DNA of 64,000 nt from an uncultured Brevinematales bacterium (GCA_964475465.1 CAYYXA010000005.1:5202-69201), one strand, 5' to 3'; positions 49,912-60,483 are shown, counted from the first letter of the stretch. Numbers and translations: made by a program. Notes: generated by a model from the letters alone, not told the origin.

Positions 49912-51176
49912 AATGCTCTACTTCGCAAAATACCGTTTATCTCTAGCCAAGTTGTGTATTCTTCAGGCAATACGTTCTCAGAGAATGTAAACCTTTTGTG
50001 AATAATCCTAAGACTAAGAATTTCTACACCAAGCTCTTGTAAAAACCTAGCTGTATAAGGATTTATCGTACCTATATCCATATCTCTTTCTTCAGACCTA
50101 ACCAAAAAAGTGTTTCTGTGGTTAACAATCTTAAGATTCCTTAAGTTAATGAACTCCAAATAATCCTGAGATGGTAAATATTTACGCAAATCAACAATCG
50201 GTGTAAAAATTTTCACCTTAACTAAATCTGAGCTTTTATTCCTAAACAGAAAATCATACTCATACCCCTCCAAAAACGATTCTAGCAACTTTTGCAAATT
50301 TCTAACATCATGAGATATACCTTGATCAGCTAAGTAACTGACAATATTCTTCATTTCAAAAAGCAGCCATATCATTTCTTGGTTAACAAGTTTGTTTATT
50401 ATTTCCCTCTTTACCTTTTCATCATCGAGAATTCCAAATTCTGTACAGAGTAAATACAAAAACTCGTGGAAAAACTCTATAAAATTCCTCTCTTCTATCC
50501 TAAGCAGCAGTGAACCAATCTTTATGTAAGGATCAAAATACACTGTCGAAAAGCTAGAAGCAAAATCTACTTTTCTTATTAGAAAGTAAAATCTTTCAGA
50601 CGGCAGCCCAGTAGGAAATACTTGCTTAAGAGAAATAAAAATTGGCTCTTCAAAAAGCTCTGCCATCTCCTCAGGTAAAACAAACTTTTTACCTTTAACA
50701 GTTACCGTAAAGTGACCTTCGTCAGTTATATAGTAATTTATAGTAGAATTTTCATAAGGCTCCACATAAACCGATGCCAAAAGATCAATAGGAGTACCAT
50801 TAACCACAACCTCATTAACCCCAAACCTAACCAAATACTCTTTTATTTCGTCCAAACTCTTAAAGGGTATACCAATGCTACTAGAAAATTTCTCAAGCTT
50901 GACATCATTTAAGCTCTTAGCCTGTATCAATATACTAGCTGTCTCGTTTGGAGTTAAAATTAAGTTTTCAAGCAAACTTTTTGCTTCATCCAGAGTAGAA
51001 TTCTTGTAAAGAAGCCGCAATCCTGGTAATAAGTACTTATTCTTTATAATCGCAACACCAAGTAATGATTCGTGCTTTACCTTAGGATAACTCTTTTTCA
51101 ATTGGAAATAAGTACTCAATATTTGAGAGTTAGACAAAAAAACATGTGGTATTTCTTCAACAAAAGAGCTTCCCAT
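49908..51176 (-). CDS. Hypothetical 422-aa cytoplasmic protein, translationally coupled upstream of miaA.
   Basis: 4-bp overlap with miaA. No GHKL motifs, so it is not MutL, which often occupies this position. No recognisable domains. Confidence 0.3.
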   Translation of the reverse strand: MGSSFVEEIPHVFLSNSQILSTYFQLKKSYPKVKHESLLGVAIIKNKYLLPGLRLLYKNSTLDEAKSLLENLILTPNETASILIQAKSLNDVKLEKFSSSIGIPFKSLDEIKEYLVRFGVNEVVVNGTPIDLLASVYVEPYENSTINYYITDEGHFTVTVKGKKFVLPEEMAELFEEPIFISLKQVFPTGLPSERFYFLIRKVDFASSFSTVYFDPYIKIGSLLLRIEERNFIEFFHEFLYLLCTEFGILDDEKVKREIINKLVNQEMIWLLFEMKNIVSYLADQGISHDVRNLQKLLESFLEGYEYDFLFRNKSSDLVKVKIFTPIVDLRKYLPSQDYLEFINLRNLKIVNHRNTFLVRSEERDMDIGTINPYTARFLQELGVEILSLRIIHKRFTFSENVLPEEYTTWLEINGILRSRAL

Positions 51177-51178
51177 AA

Positions 51179-52315
51179 TTACTTAACAACATCAACTACT
51201 AAAAATTTCCCATTCGATATAGTGTATATAGTAAATACTGTGTTCAAATTGTCACCCTTTTCATCAAACTTTATTTTCGAAGCTATTCCTCGAAATTCAG
51301 TCTTTGCTATGTAATCAATAGCTTTCTCTCTCGAGTATTTACCATTTTTATCAAGAGAATTAGTAAATGCCGAAAGAAGTATTTTTGCAGCCTCGTAAGA
51401 AAACAAATCGAACGGCTCTATACTTTCATTAGGGAATATACTTTTGTATTTCTTATAAAACTCATCATTTTCAGTTACTGGAGCACCAATAAAAGTAACT
51501 ATATCTCCCTCACAAGCAGCTCCTGCAAGTTCTACGTATTTATCTGTCTTCAATCCATCACCACCAACAAAAGGAACACTTAGCCCGACCTCATCAGCTT
51601 GTTTTGTCAACAAAGCTCCTTCAGAATAGACACCACCGAAAAAAACAGCTTGAGGGTTAAAAGATTTTATTTTCGTAAGAATAGCCTTAAAATCTTTATC
51701 TCCTACCCTTATAGAATCTCTACCTAACACAGTACCACCTAAATTTCTAAACTCTTTTGAAAATTCATCTGCTAATCCCTGCCCATACTCCGTCTTATCA
51801 TCCAAAACAAAAACCTTCGTTATGTTTTTCTTAACTAAGAACCTAGCAGCAATCGGCCCCTGTTGAGCATCTGTTGGGCATATTCTAAATACATTCTTAA
51901 AACCTTGAAGTGTCAATTTAGGATTCGTTGAAGCAGGTGTTATCATCGGCAAGTTCCTTCTGTTATACACAGAAGAAGCTGGAATCGAACAACCACTGTT
52001 TAGATGCCCAACAACACCTATTATCGTAGGATCAGAAGCTATCTTCTCAGCAACATTCACTGCCTCACTTTCTGTAGCTCTGTCATCAAAGAAAGCAAGC
52101 TCAACTTTTACATTAGTGTAAACATTGGTAAACTCAGTATAAGCCAATATAACTCCTCTCTTCATTCCTTGCCCCAGCGGAGCTATATCACCAGTTAAAG
52201 GAGCAGCTAAGGCAAGTTTGTAAACATTCGAACCTTCCGAACTGCAACCAGAAACAAGTATACCAAACGCTCCCACAACAAACAAAATTCCGAAAACGAC
52301 AAAAAACTTTTTCAT
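51179..52315 (-). CDS. Lipoprotein-type periplasmic substrate-binding protein of the branched-chain amino acid (LivJ/LivK, type I PBP) family. Orphan, with no adjacent permease or ATPase.
   Basis: Lipobox-like signal MKKFFVVFGILFVVGAFGILVSGCSS. The LivJ-like N-terminal lobe (YKLALAAPLTGDIAPLGQGMKRG) and overall size fit a type I PBP. Start reset to the MKKFF Met. Confidence 0.75.
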   Translation of the reverse strand: MKKFFVVFGILFVVGAFGILVSGCSSEGSNVYKLALAAPLTGDIAPLGQGMKRGVILAYTEFTNVYTNVKVELAFFDDRATESEAVNVAEKIASDPTIIGVVGHLNSGCSIPASSVYNRRNLPMITPASTNPKLTLQGFKNVFRICPTDAQQGPIAARFLVKKNITKVFVLDDKTEYGQGLADEFSKEFRNLGGTVLGRDSIRVGDKDFKAILTKIKSFNPQAVFFGGVYSEGALLTKQADEVGLSVPFVGGDGLKTDKYVELAGAACEGDIVTFIGAPVTENDEFYKKYKSIFPNESIEPFDLFSYEAAKILLSAFTNSLDKNGKYSREKAIDYIAKTEFRGIASKIKFDEKGDNLNTVFTIYTISNGKFLVVDVVK

Positions 52316-52445
52316 ACCCTTCCCTCCAAAGATTAATTTTATATAACAGAGCAAATTTTTTCAAAAAACTCAAATTTTTCAATCAAACTAAAGCAATTTG
52401 AAACAGATATATTATGAAATTTATCATTCACTTTAAGGTTAGAGT

Positions 52446-54116
52446 ATGAAGGGTTACATGGAACGCATCTCAGCTTTCCTAAACTTTCTAAAAAGCAATT
52501 ATAAGGTAGGGTTTATCTTCCTTTTCGTCTTCTTTCTGCTTTTCATCACATTTTTAGTAGTTTACGGTCTCAAAGTAGTAACGGTAATAACAGGCTCCCT
52601 TTTGCTCCTAAGTCTTGCGTGGGTACTCCTAGCAGGAACAAACATCATTTCAGACATAAAACAAGGAAAGTTTCTAAGAGGAATTGAAGATTTATTCATA
52701 GTCATTCTAACATTAGCAATACTTGTAGTTCTTTATGTAATAGCATCCAACAGATCACTGAAACTTGATTTAACTGCTGAAAAACTTTTTTCACTTTCCC
52801 CCTACTCAATAGAGGTAATAAATAAGATAACTAACGATATTAAAATTATTCTATTCGCCAAAAAGGACGTTGCAACAGAACTAGAAAAAATCCTAGAAGA
52901 GTACCAAAAAAACTCTAAGAAAATAACATTTATAACAGTTGATCCTATAAGGGATCCAATTACTGCAAAGAAGTACGAACTACCACAAGGTGAAGAAATA
53001 ACAATAGTTGTTGAAAGCGGAGAAAACAAGAAATACATAAGAGGTTCCTCCTTAGTAGAATACGAAAGAACAGAATATGGTCCTAAACCAGTAGGAATAA
53101 AGGTTGAAGAGGAAGTAACATCCGCAATCCTTAACGTAACTTCATCTTCAAGGGTTATATATTTTCTGGTCGGGAATGGAGAATACAGAGTACTTCAGGA
53201 TGCTCCTGGTGGTGAGGAAGAATACACATTCAAAACTCTCAGATCATATTTAGAAAAGGCTAATTTCACTCTACGAGAACTCAATTTATCTGTAACGAAA
53301 GATATACCTAGTGACGCTGGCGGCATCGTTATAATAGCGCCCCGCAGAATAATACCAGTCGAAACTCAAGAAAAACTTTACGAATTTTATAAAAATGGTG
53401 GCGGAATTGCTGTGTTCTTAGAACCTGTCTTGGGCAACGTCACTTACGACAGAACATTCTCTATTAACTACCTATTAACAAAATTCGGATTATACGTCAA
53501 AAATAACGTTGTTTTTGATGAAGAAAGATTCAATCCCTACATGGGAAAGCTATTTTATATAATACCTTACGTACACTTTAGCCCGATAACTTCTGATATA
53601 AAAAGTAAAGGTCTACCAGTACAATTGGTCACAGCAATGGCTATAAGCAGAATGGAATCCGTCAATGAAGAATTAGGAACCAGAGTATATGACCTCATGT
53701 CAACGTCGGCAAATAGCTGGGGAGAAACCTCAATAGACACTAGAGGTAAACTCCTAGCTTCAAAGGATAAAAACGACATAATACCACCAATAATTTTAGG
53801 ATACGCTGTTGAATCCTTAATCACCAACAACAACAAAAGTGGAAGGTTAGTAGTAATAGGTGATATAGATTTCCTCTCTGACTACTTCATAGAAAGCATG
53901 TCCGGAAATCTAGAGCTCGCCCTAAATTCAATTGAATGGATATCCAAAGAAAATATTTCTCTCTCTATAAAACCTAAATCTATAAAAAGATCACCCATAA
54001 TACTCTCACAAGCAGATGCAAACTTAGTATTAGTCGTAAGCTTAGTTGTTGTTCCTCTCCTAATGCTATTACCTGGAATTATTGTCTGGATTGTTAGAAG
54101 CAAAAAGGTTAAATAA
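52446..54116 (+). CDS. GldG-like ABC-transporter auxiliary protein (ABC_transp_aux family), bitopic with N- and C-terminal TM anchors.
   Basis: N-terminal TMs, the family block KLDLTAEKLFSLSPYSIEVINKI, a large extracytoplasmic domain, and a C-terminal TM anchor (LVLVVSLVVVPLLMLLPGIIVWIV). Confidence 0.6.
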   Translation: MKGYMERISAFLNFLKSNYKVGFIFLFVFFLLFITFLVVYGLKVVTVITGSLLLLSLAWVLLAGTNIISDIKQGKFLRGIEDLFIVILTLAILVVLYVIASNRSLKLDLTAEKLFSLSPYSIEVINKITNDIKIILFAKKDVATELEKILEEYQKNSKKITFITVDPIRDPITAKKYELPQGEEITIVVESGENKKYIRGSSLVEYERTEYGPKPVGIKVEEEVTSAILNVTSSSRVIYFLVGNGEYRVLQDAPGGEEEYTFKTLRSYLEKANFTLRELNLSVTKDIPSDAGGIVIIAPRRIIPVETQEKLYEFYKNGGGIAVFLEPVLGNVTYDRTFSINYLLTKFGLYVKNNVVFDEERFNPYMGKLFYIIPYVHFSPITSDIKSKGLPVQLVTAMAISRMESVNEELGTRVYDLMSTSANSWGETSIDTRGKLLASKDKNDIIPPIILGYAVESLITNNNKSGRLVVIGDIDFLSDYFIESMSGNLELALNSIEWISKENISLSIKPKSIKRSPIILSQADANLVLVVSLVVVPLLMLLPGIIVWIVRSKKVK

Positions 54117-54123
54117 AAACTTT

Positions 54124-55038
54124 ATGGATTTAAGAAAAGGTATTCTCGAATGTGGTAAAATCAAAATATTCGAAAATGAATTAATGAAAAACCACACTAC
54201 TTTCAGGATAGGAGGACCTGCCAAACACTTCTTAGAAGTAGAAGATATCACATCTTTAAAAAAACTTCTCTCCTTTCTCAGAAGAGAAGGAATAAACTTT
54301 TTTTTGCTAGGAGCAGGCTCAAACTTGTTAGTTTCCGATTATCCTATCGAAGATACAGTTATAATCAAACTTGGAAACGCATTCAAAAAAATCAACATCA
54401 AGGATACAGAGTATGAAAATAATGTAATTGTCGAGGTTGGAGCAAGATACACATTACCATCGCTATCAAAGGAAATGTATAACTACGAACTAAGCGGAGC
54501 TGAGTTCTGTATTGCGATACCTGGTACGTTAGGAGGTGGATTAATAATGAATGCAGGAGCGCACGGAAGCGAACTCAAAGACATCACTGAAGGTGTTTAT
54601 TGCTTAACAAAAGAGGGTGAAGAAATCTATCTATCAAATGAAGAAGCAAGATTTTCTTATAGGAATAGTGGGCTAAGTAATTTCATAGTAACAGGAGCAA
54701 AACTAAAACTGAAGAAGAGCGATAAAAAGTTCATAAAAGCAAAAATGGAAGAAAATCTCAGTTATAGGGCAAATACGCAACCAAAAGGCTTTTCAGCTGG
54801 CAGCATTTTCAAGAACCCCCCTGGGACAAAAGCTTGGAAACTCATTATGGATGTTGGCTTGAGTGGATACAGAATAGGTGATGTAATGTTTTCTGAAAAG
54901 CACGCAAATTTCATAATAAACCTAGGAAACGGTAAAGCCCAGGACGTCATGGAACTAATAAATCTGGCAAAAGAAAAGGTGAAAAAAGAATTCGACATAG
55001 AGTTAGAACTAGAAATAAAACTACTAGGTAAATTCTAA
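54124..55038 (+). CDS. murB: UDP-N-acetylenolpyruvoylglucosamine reductase.
   Basis: HTTFRIGGPAKHFLEV, GAGSNLLVSD and the FAD-binding domain pattern. Start reset to MDLRKG just after the upstream stop. Confidence 0.85.
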   Translation: MDLRKGILECGKIKIFENELMKNHTTFRIGGPAKHFLEVEDITSLKKLLSFLRREGINFFLLGAGSNLLVSDYPIEDTVIIKLGNAFKKINIKDTEYENNVIVEVGARYTLPSLSKEMYNYELSGAEFCIAIPGTLGGGLIMNAGAHGSELKDITEGVYCLTKEGEEIYLSNEEARFSYRNSGLSNFIVTGAKLKLKKSDKKFIKAKMEENLSYRANTQPKGFSAGSIFKNPPGTKAWKLIMDVGLSGYRIGDVMFSEKHANFIINLGNGKAQDVMELINLAKEKVKKEFDIELELEIKLLGKF

Positions 55039-55074
55039 TTGAATTTCAAAAACTTCGTAAGATATAATGGAAAT

Positions 55075-55482
55075 ATGAGATTTATAAGTAGGTCAAAAAG
55101 TCAGCTAAAAGTAGGAATAGAGCCAACACCGTTGATAGATGTAATGTTCTTAATAACTATATTTTTCATGCTTACCTCAAGCATCATAAAAACTACATCA
55201 ATAAACGTAAATTTGCCAAAATCTCTAACCTCAGATTCACAACCGAGAACAAGTATAAACATAACCATAACCAAAGATGAAAAAATATACATAAATGACA
55301 ACTTAGTATCTCTCGAGGATATTTCACCTATAGTGAAGAGGATAGCAATAAAGGAGCCATCGGTACCAGTAATAATAAGAGGAGATAAAGACATAAAGTA
55401 CCAACTTTTAGTAGATGTAATGGACAGAGTAAGAATAGGAGGAGCTACCGAAATAAGCTTGTTGGTTGAATCGAAAAGATAA
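55075..55482 (+). CDS. exbD: ExbD/TolR-family biopolymer transport protein. Orphan, with no adjacent ExbB/TolQ.
   Basis: IEPTPLIDVMFLITIFFMLTSS matches the ExbD/TolR TM signature. C-terminal periplasmic domain (VIIRGDKDIKYQLLVDVMDRVRIGG). Confidence 0.75.
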   Translation: MRFISRSKSQLKVGIEPTPLIDVMFLITIFFMLTSSIIKTTSINVNLPKSLTSDSQPRTSINITITKDEKIYINDNLVSLEDISPIVKRIAIKEPSVPVIIRGDKDIKYQLLVDVMDRVRIGGATEISLLVESKR

Positions 55483-55483
55483 C

Positions 55484-57052
55484 TTACCTAACCGTTTCTA
55501 CGATCCTTGTCTCCCTTATAAGTGTTACCTTTATCTGCCCTGGGAAGTTTATTTCTTCATCTATCTTCTTTGCTATTTCTCTTGCTATAATCTTAGCTTC
55601 CTCATCGGAAACTTTAGTACTATCGACAAAAACTCTAAGTTCCCTACCCGCTTGTATAGCGTAAGCTTTTTCGACATTTTCAAATGACAAAGCTATCCTT
55701 TCGAGGTTTTCCAATCTCTTTATGTAGTTTTCCAAATTTTCTTTTCTTGCTCCGGGCCTAGCAGCAGATATAGCATCTGCTATCATCACTAAAGAAGACT
55801 CTATGAACATAGGCTCAACCTCTCCATGATGTGCAGCTATAGCATTCACAATCCTATCCGGATACCCCCACTTCTTAGCAAGATTTGCTCCAACCATAGC
55901 ATGGCCACCTTCAGAGACACCCAAAGCCACTTTACCAACATCATGCAAAAGCCCTGCTTTTTTGACATTAAGAACAGTATTATAGTCAAGCCCTAACTCT
56001 TCAGCAATCCTCGCAGCAACAATAGCTGTCTCTATGGAATGAGCAAGAACATTCTGAGAATAACTAACCTTAAACTTCAACCTACCCACGTATTTATACT
56101 CTTCATTCGACATAGGTTGTAAACCTAAATCATTATAAACCCCTTCACCCACTTTATAAATTTCTTCTTCAAACTCACTCTTAACCTTCTCGTAAACTTC
56201 CTCTATAGTTGCCGGATGGATCCTACCATCATCAACTAGTCTAATCATCGTCCTCTTGGCAAGTTCTCTCCTTATAGGGTCAAAAGAAGACAAAACGACA
56301 ACCCCAGGCGTATCATCTATTATGAGATCAACACCTGTTATTGTCTCAAAAGCTCTTATGTTTCTTCCTTCCCTTCCTATTATTCTTCCCTTCATCGCAT
56401 CATTTGGTAATTGAACCGAAGAAATAACCGTCTCATTCACAACATCAAGAGCTATCCTTTGGATAGCATCAACTATTATTCTTCTAGCCTTCTCAACAGC
56501 CTTTTGGTTGTACTCTTCTTCTATCTTCTTAACAAGATTCAAAGCAGAAATTTCTGTTTCTTTCTTTATACTCTCTATAAGAAGATTCTTAGCTTCTTCC
56601 TCTGTCATACCAGCAATTCTTTCAAGTTCTCGTACAAGTCTCTCTTTTTCCTCTTCTAGCTTCCTTTGTAAATCGTTAAGCTCTCTCTCTTTTATCGAAA
56701 GTTCTCTTTCTTTTCTTTGTAGATAAGATTCTTTTCTTTCTATGTTTTCTTCTCTTGCTAAAAGCTTTCTTTCGAAAACTTGAAGATCTCTTCTTATGTT
56801 TCTTAGATCCTTCTCTATCTCTTCTCTATATTTATTTGCTTCTTCTTTAGACTCTAAAATAGCCTTACTTTTGATTTCCTCTGCTTCTTTTTTAGCAAGT
56901 TCCAATATCCTCCTACTTTCCTCTTCAGCATCATCAACCATTTTTTTAGCCTTTAGTTTAATCTTCTGAAAATTCAAGAAGCCTATAATCAAAATAGCAA
57001 CATAAGTTAAGATAGAAAGCAGAATAACTACACCCACTACCGTCGTATTCAT
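55484..57052 (-). CDS. rny: Ribonuclease Y.
   Basis: N-terminal TM anchor (MNTTVVGVVILLSILTYVAIL), coiled-coil, KH domain (GRIIGREGRNIRAFE), HD domain (LLHDVGK). Start reset to the ATG at 57052, preceded by AAAGGAGAG. Confidence 0.9.
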   Translation of the reverse strand: MNTTVVGVVILLSILTYVAILIIGFLNFQKIKLKAKKMVDDAEEESRRILELAKKEAEEIKSKAILESKEEANKYREEIEKDLRNIRRDLQVFERKLLAREENIERKESYLQRKERELSIKERELNDLQRKLEEEKERLVRELERIAGMTEEEAKNLLIESIKKETEISALNLVKKIEEEYNQKAVEKARRIIVDAIQRIALDVVNETVISSVQLPNDAMKGRIIGREGRNIRAFETITGVDLIIDDTPGVVVLSSFDPIRRELAKRTMIRLVDDGRIHPATIEEVYEKVKSEFEEEIYKVGEGVYNDLGLQPMSNEEYKYVGRLKFKVSYSQNVLAHSIETAIVAARIAEELGLDYNTVLNVKKAGLLHDVGKVALGVSEGGHAMVGANLAKKWGYPDRIVNAIAAHHGEVEPMFIESSLVMIADAISAARPGARKENLENYIKRLENLERIALSFENVEKAYAIQAGRELRVFVDSTKVSDEEAKIIAREIAKKIDEEINFPGQIKVTLIRETRIVETVR

Positions 57053-57104
57053 AAAACTCTCCTTTACATTTGGTAATATATTTAGAGCAACCCTTAAGGA
57101 ATAA

Positions 57105-58418
57105 CTATTGTTCGTTAAACAAGTATATTGTAAGCCCACTCTCAATTTTTGGGAAGAAATCAGTAGATTTGTGGGGCATAACGGAATTCTTTTCGGCAAC
57201 CGTTATTACTTCTTCTATTGAAGTGGGGTTTAGTATGAAAGCTAAATCTCTTATACCTCTCTTTACGGTACTTATAGCATCTTTCTCGTACCTAATATAA
57301 TCAACATATGCTCTAGAAGTAATTTTCTCCTCGCTAAGCTCTAATATCCTTTTTAAAACCAACTCTGTCAATATTGAAACATCCAAAGAGGCAACTTCTC
57401 GACCAACTACACTCGAAATTTCTTCTATTATTTTCTCCTTTAGTTCTTCCTTAAGGGTTATAAGATAAATTTTCGAAGGATCGTACATTGAGTACACACC
57501 AAAGCAAACCATTCCTTTTTCCTTCCTATCCCTCATTACTGTAATCAGTTTAGATATGGCAACTTCCGACATTTCATCTGAGTAAGGTATCGCAGCTATC
57601 TTAAAATACTGAGCCAACTTCTTTATAAACTCTTCCTGTAAAAAAGATTCGACCTTTACAAGCCTCTGGGTCGGCAATATTATAAGATCTTTAGAGTACA
57701 TATTGAAGAAAGCAGCAAGTACATAGCAGTAAGGTTTATTCTCATCTATCCCTCTTTCCTTAGCGTACAAAAGAGCTGTCTCATACCTGTGATGCCCATC
57801 AGCTATGTATATATTAAAGCTAGACAGCTTATTAACAATGAACTCCTCAAGCTTCTTATCAGGCACTTTCCAAATAGTGTGCTTAACCCCTAGCTCATCA
57901 ACTACACTTCTAGCAGTATAATCAAACTCCATGTCATAAATCCTATTGTTGATTTCGGATTCTTTGTCGGCATAAAGGAAGAAAAGAGGTTCCAAGTGCC
58001 CATTTACAGATTCCATCAATTTCCTTCTATCCTCTTTAGGACCACCAAAAGTTTTTTCATGTCTAAATACACCATTACCATAATCCTCCACCATCATTAT
58101 AGCAATTATTCCTCTCCTTTTGTAATTCTTACCTTTTAATGAAAATTTCTGCTCGTATATGAAAATCCCCTCTTCTCTATCAGTAACAAGAACATCTTTT
58201 AGCAACCAACTCAACAACCTCTTTTGAGCATTTTCGTACTTTTTGTCTCCTTCTCCTTCAGGTAAAGTCAAATGAACTATATTGTATGGACTCTTAGCAG
58301 CAAAAATCTCTCTTTGCTCAGGAGATATTACATCATAAGGCGGTGCAACCACTAAATTCAGATCACCTACAACGTCTTTATTATACAAAGTCGCCTTAAA
58401 AGGTCTTATTTTTGGCAT
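57105..58418 (-). CDS. DUF1015 (COG4198) family conserved protein.
   Basis: Conserved ADGHHR motif (IYIADGHHRYETALLY). About 437 aa. Confidence 0.6.
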   Translation of the reverse strand: MPKIRPFKATLYNKDVVGDLNLVVAPPYDVISPEQREIFAAKSPYNIVHLTLPEGEGDKKYENAQKRLLSWLLKDVLVTDREEGIFIYEQKFSLKGKNYKRRGIIAIMMVEDYGNGVFRHEKTFGGPKEDRRKLMESVNGHLEPLFFLYADKESEINNRIYDMEFDYTARSVVDELGVKHTIWKVPDKKLEEFIVNKLSSFNIYIADGHHRYETALLYAKERGIDENKPYCYVLAAFFNMYSKDLIILPTQRLVKVESFLQEEFIKKLAQYFKIAAIPYSDEMSEVAISKLITVMRDRKEKGMVCFGVYSMYDPSKIYLITLKEELKEKIIEEISSVVGREVASLDVSILTELVLKRILELSEEKITSRAYVDYIRYEKDAISTVKRGIRDLAFILNPTSIEEVITVAEKNSVMPHKSTDFFPKIESGLTIYLFNEQ

Positions 58419-58426
58419 TTTTTCAC

Positions 58427-59491
58427 CTATCTGATGTTATATCTTTCTGCAATAGATTTTAAAGTATTATTTATTTCTTTAGCAATGTCCAATAAGAAGT
58501 CACTTCTTCTCAACTTGATTTCATGAGTTACCGGAAGTTTACCTTCAGCTATTTCCCTCAATTCCTTCTTTATCCTGTGTACAGGCCCAGCAATACTATG
58601 AGAGAAGAACAAGCCAAATATTGTTATAAGCAATATCTGCAAAACACTTAAGGCAACAATTGGCTTCCAGTAAAGATCCAAAAGATTATAAGCTTTCCTC
58701 TCATAAGTCCTAGTCTCGTATGCCAAAACATCTGAATAAGAGTTCACACTATCAAGGATCGTTTGTATCCTGACCAAAGACCTATTAAGTGAATCCAAAG
58801 TTCCAGCTTCAATACCTGAGTTAGGGGCATTAATAAGATCTCTTAACTCCTCAACGAAGCTAGGTCTAGCCTTCAAAAAATCATAAGTCGAAGTTACTAA
58901 ATTTACATATAAACCCATCTTCTCCTTAAAAGAATCAAACTTACTCTGGTATTTGCTCCCCTTGAAGACTTTATCTAGAACAGCAAGAGAATAATTCATT
59001 TCCCCAAAAGCACAATCTTGAACAACTCTCCTCAAACTAAGAATAGCCTTGTTAACTTCACTGACGACCTCATTACCTTTACCATTCGCCAGCTCATAAG
59101 CCAAAAATACAACACCCCCTCTAAAAGAAGGATTGAGATCTTTGGCAAGAAGTTCCTTCTTTATCTCATTTGCTTTGACAACATTGTTATCAAACTTCTT
59201 CGCCATTGCCGAATACTCATCGACTCTAGAAATAATTTTCAAATCTGCTTTAGATTTACTCAAAACTTTCTTCATGCTATCAAGAATAAATCCTATGTCA
59301 GTAGTTTTATAAAAGTCCTTTGTTATCTCCTCAAATAGAACACCTTTTGAAAATTTCTGACTATCTATATATACAAAAAAACCAAAAGATATGATGGCAC
59401 TAATCAGTATTAGTACGACAAACCTCAAAATAAACTTCGTTTGAAAAGGTTTATCTACGAAGTACCTAAATCTTTTCTTTTTTTCAGGCAT
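58427..59491 (-). CDS. Two-TM membrane sensor-like protein with a periplasmic domain and a C-terminal HAMP domain but no output domain.
   Basis: TM1 (FVVLILISAIISFGFFVYI). About 230-aa extracytoplasmic region. TM2 followed by HAMP (IAGPVHRIKKELREIAEGKL). The protein ends about 45 aa later. Confidence 0.5.
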   Translation of the reverse strand: MPEKKKRFRYFVDKPFQTKFILRFVVLILISAIISFGFFVYIDSQKFSKGVLFEEITKDFYKTTDIGFILDSMKKVLSKSKADLKIISRVDEYSAMAKKFDNNVVKANEIKKELLAKDLNPSFRGGVVFLAYELANGKGNEVVSEVNKAILSLRRVVQDCAFGEMNYSLAVLDKVFKGSKYQSKFDSFKEKMGLYVNLVTSTYDFLKARPSFVEELRDLINAPNSGIEAGTLDSLNRSLVRIQTILDSVNSYSDVLAYETRTYERKAYNLLDLYWKPIVALSVLQILLITIFGLFFSHSIAGPVHRIKKELREIAEGKLPVTHEIKLRRSDFLLDIAKEINNTLKSIAERYNIR

Positions 59492-59573
59492 AAATATACC
59501 CTCCTTCTCAAACTTATTCTAAAATAGACTTTACTTGCAGTCAAGAAAATTTTCGTTAAAGCGCTATTAATTA

Positions 59574-60332
59574 CTAAAGCACCAACTCAGACAATCTAAA
59601 GTTGGGGCCATCCTTACACACTAGCTTGTACCCATCCACAACTCTGACACTACATCCATAGCATATACCTATACCACATCCCATTACTGTCTCCATAGAG
59701 ACAAAGATTTTTTCTTCAGGTAATCTAAGTTCCTTCATAACTCTGTACATAGGCAAAGGGCCACAAGCGTAAACAAGCTCTCCCCCGTATTTCTTTCTAA
59801 AAACATCTGTAACAAATCCCTTATAACCTACTCCACCATCTTCAGAAGATACAAAAACTTCATCAAAGAAGTGTAGATAATCATCAAAGAACTCATCTTT
59901 GCTCTTCACACCCCAAAAAAGCCTTGATTTCTTATTCATATTCTTTAGTAATATTGCCAAAGAAACCATATTAGCAATACCAACCCCACCAGCTACCATC
60001 GAAACAATATCACCATTAGTAATATCAAAATCGAATATAGAATTTCCTAATGGCCCTATCACACTCAAACTTCTTCCCTCAGTAACTTCAGATAGCTCCT
60101 TAGAGCCTTTCCCTACTACCTTAACTAATATAGAAAACTTACTATTGTCCTTGAAAAGAAGTGTATATGGCCTCCTGAAGAACACTTTATCTAGCTTTAT
60201 ATTAACAAACTGCCCAACCTTTATAGATTTCACTATTCTCCTAGAAGAGAAAGTTATTTCGTGATATTTCCCTACCTTTCTATTAGATAATACTTCACAC
60301 TCTTCTTCAAAAATGCTATCATAAGAAATCAT
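59574..60332 (-). CDS. PyrK-like FAD/NAD(P)-binding oxidoreductase subunit with a C-terminal [2Fe-2S] cluster motif. Orphan.
   Basis: FNR-like RRPYTL FAD motif, the NAD block GGVGIANMVSL, and the C-terminal cysteine cluster MGCGIGICYGC, typical of PyrK/NfnA-type subunits. No pyrD or gltD-like partner is adjacent. Confidence 0.65.
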   Translation of the reverse strand: MISYDSIFEEECEVLSNRKVGKYHEITFSSRRIVKSIKVGQFVNIKLDKVFFRRPYTLLFKDNSKFSILVKVVGKGSKELSEVTEGRSLSVIGPLGNSIFDFDITNGDIVSMVAGGVGIANMVSLAILLKNMNKKSRLFWGVKSKDEFFDDYLHFFDEVFVSSEDGGVGYKGFVTDVFRKKYGGELVYACGPLPMYRVMKELRLPEEKIFVSMETVMGCGIGICYGCSVRVVDGYKLVCKDGPNFRLSELVL

Positions 60333-60483
60333 ATCCCGAAATTATATTTTAACAACCAAGTTACTTTAAAAATACCTACCATAGAGAACATTAATCAATC
60401 ATACTTCTATACATCATTTAAAGCAAAGTGTAACTTTGTCTTTTTTAAACCAATTTTTAAACTAACCGGAGATATAATAGCTA

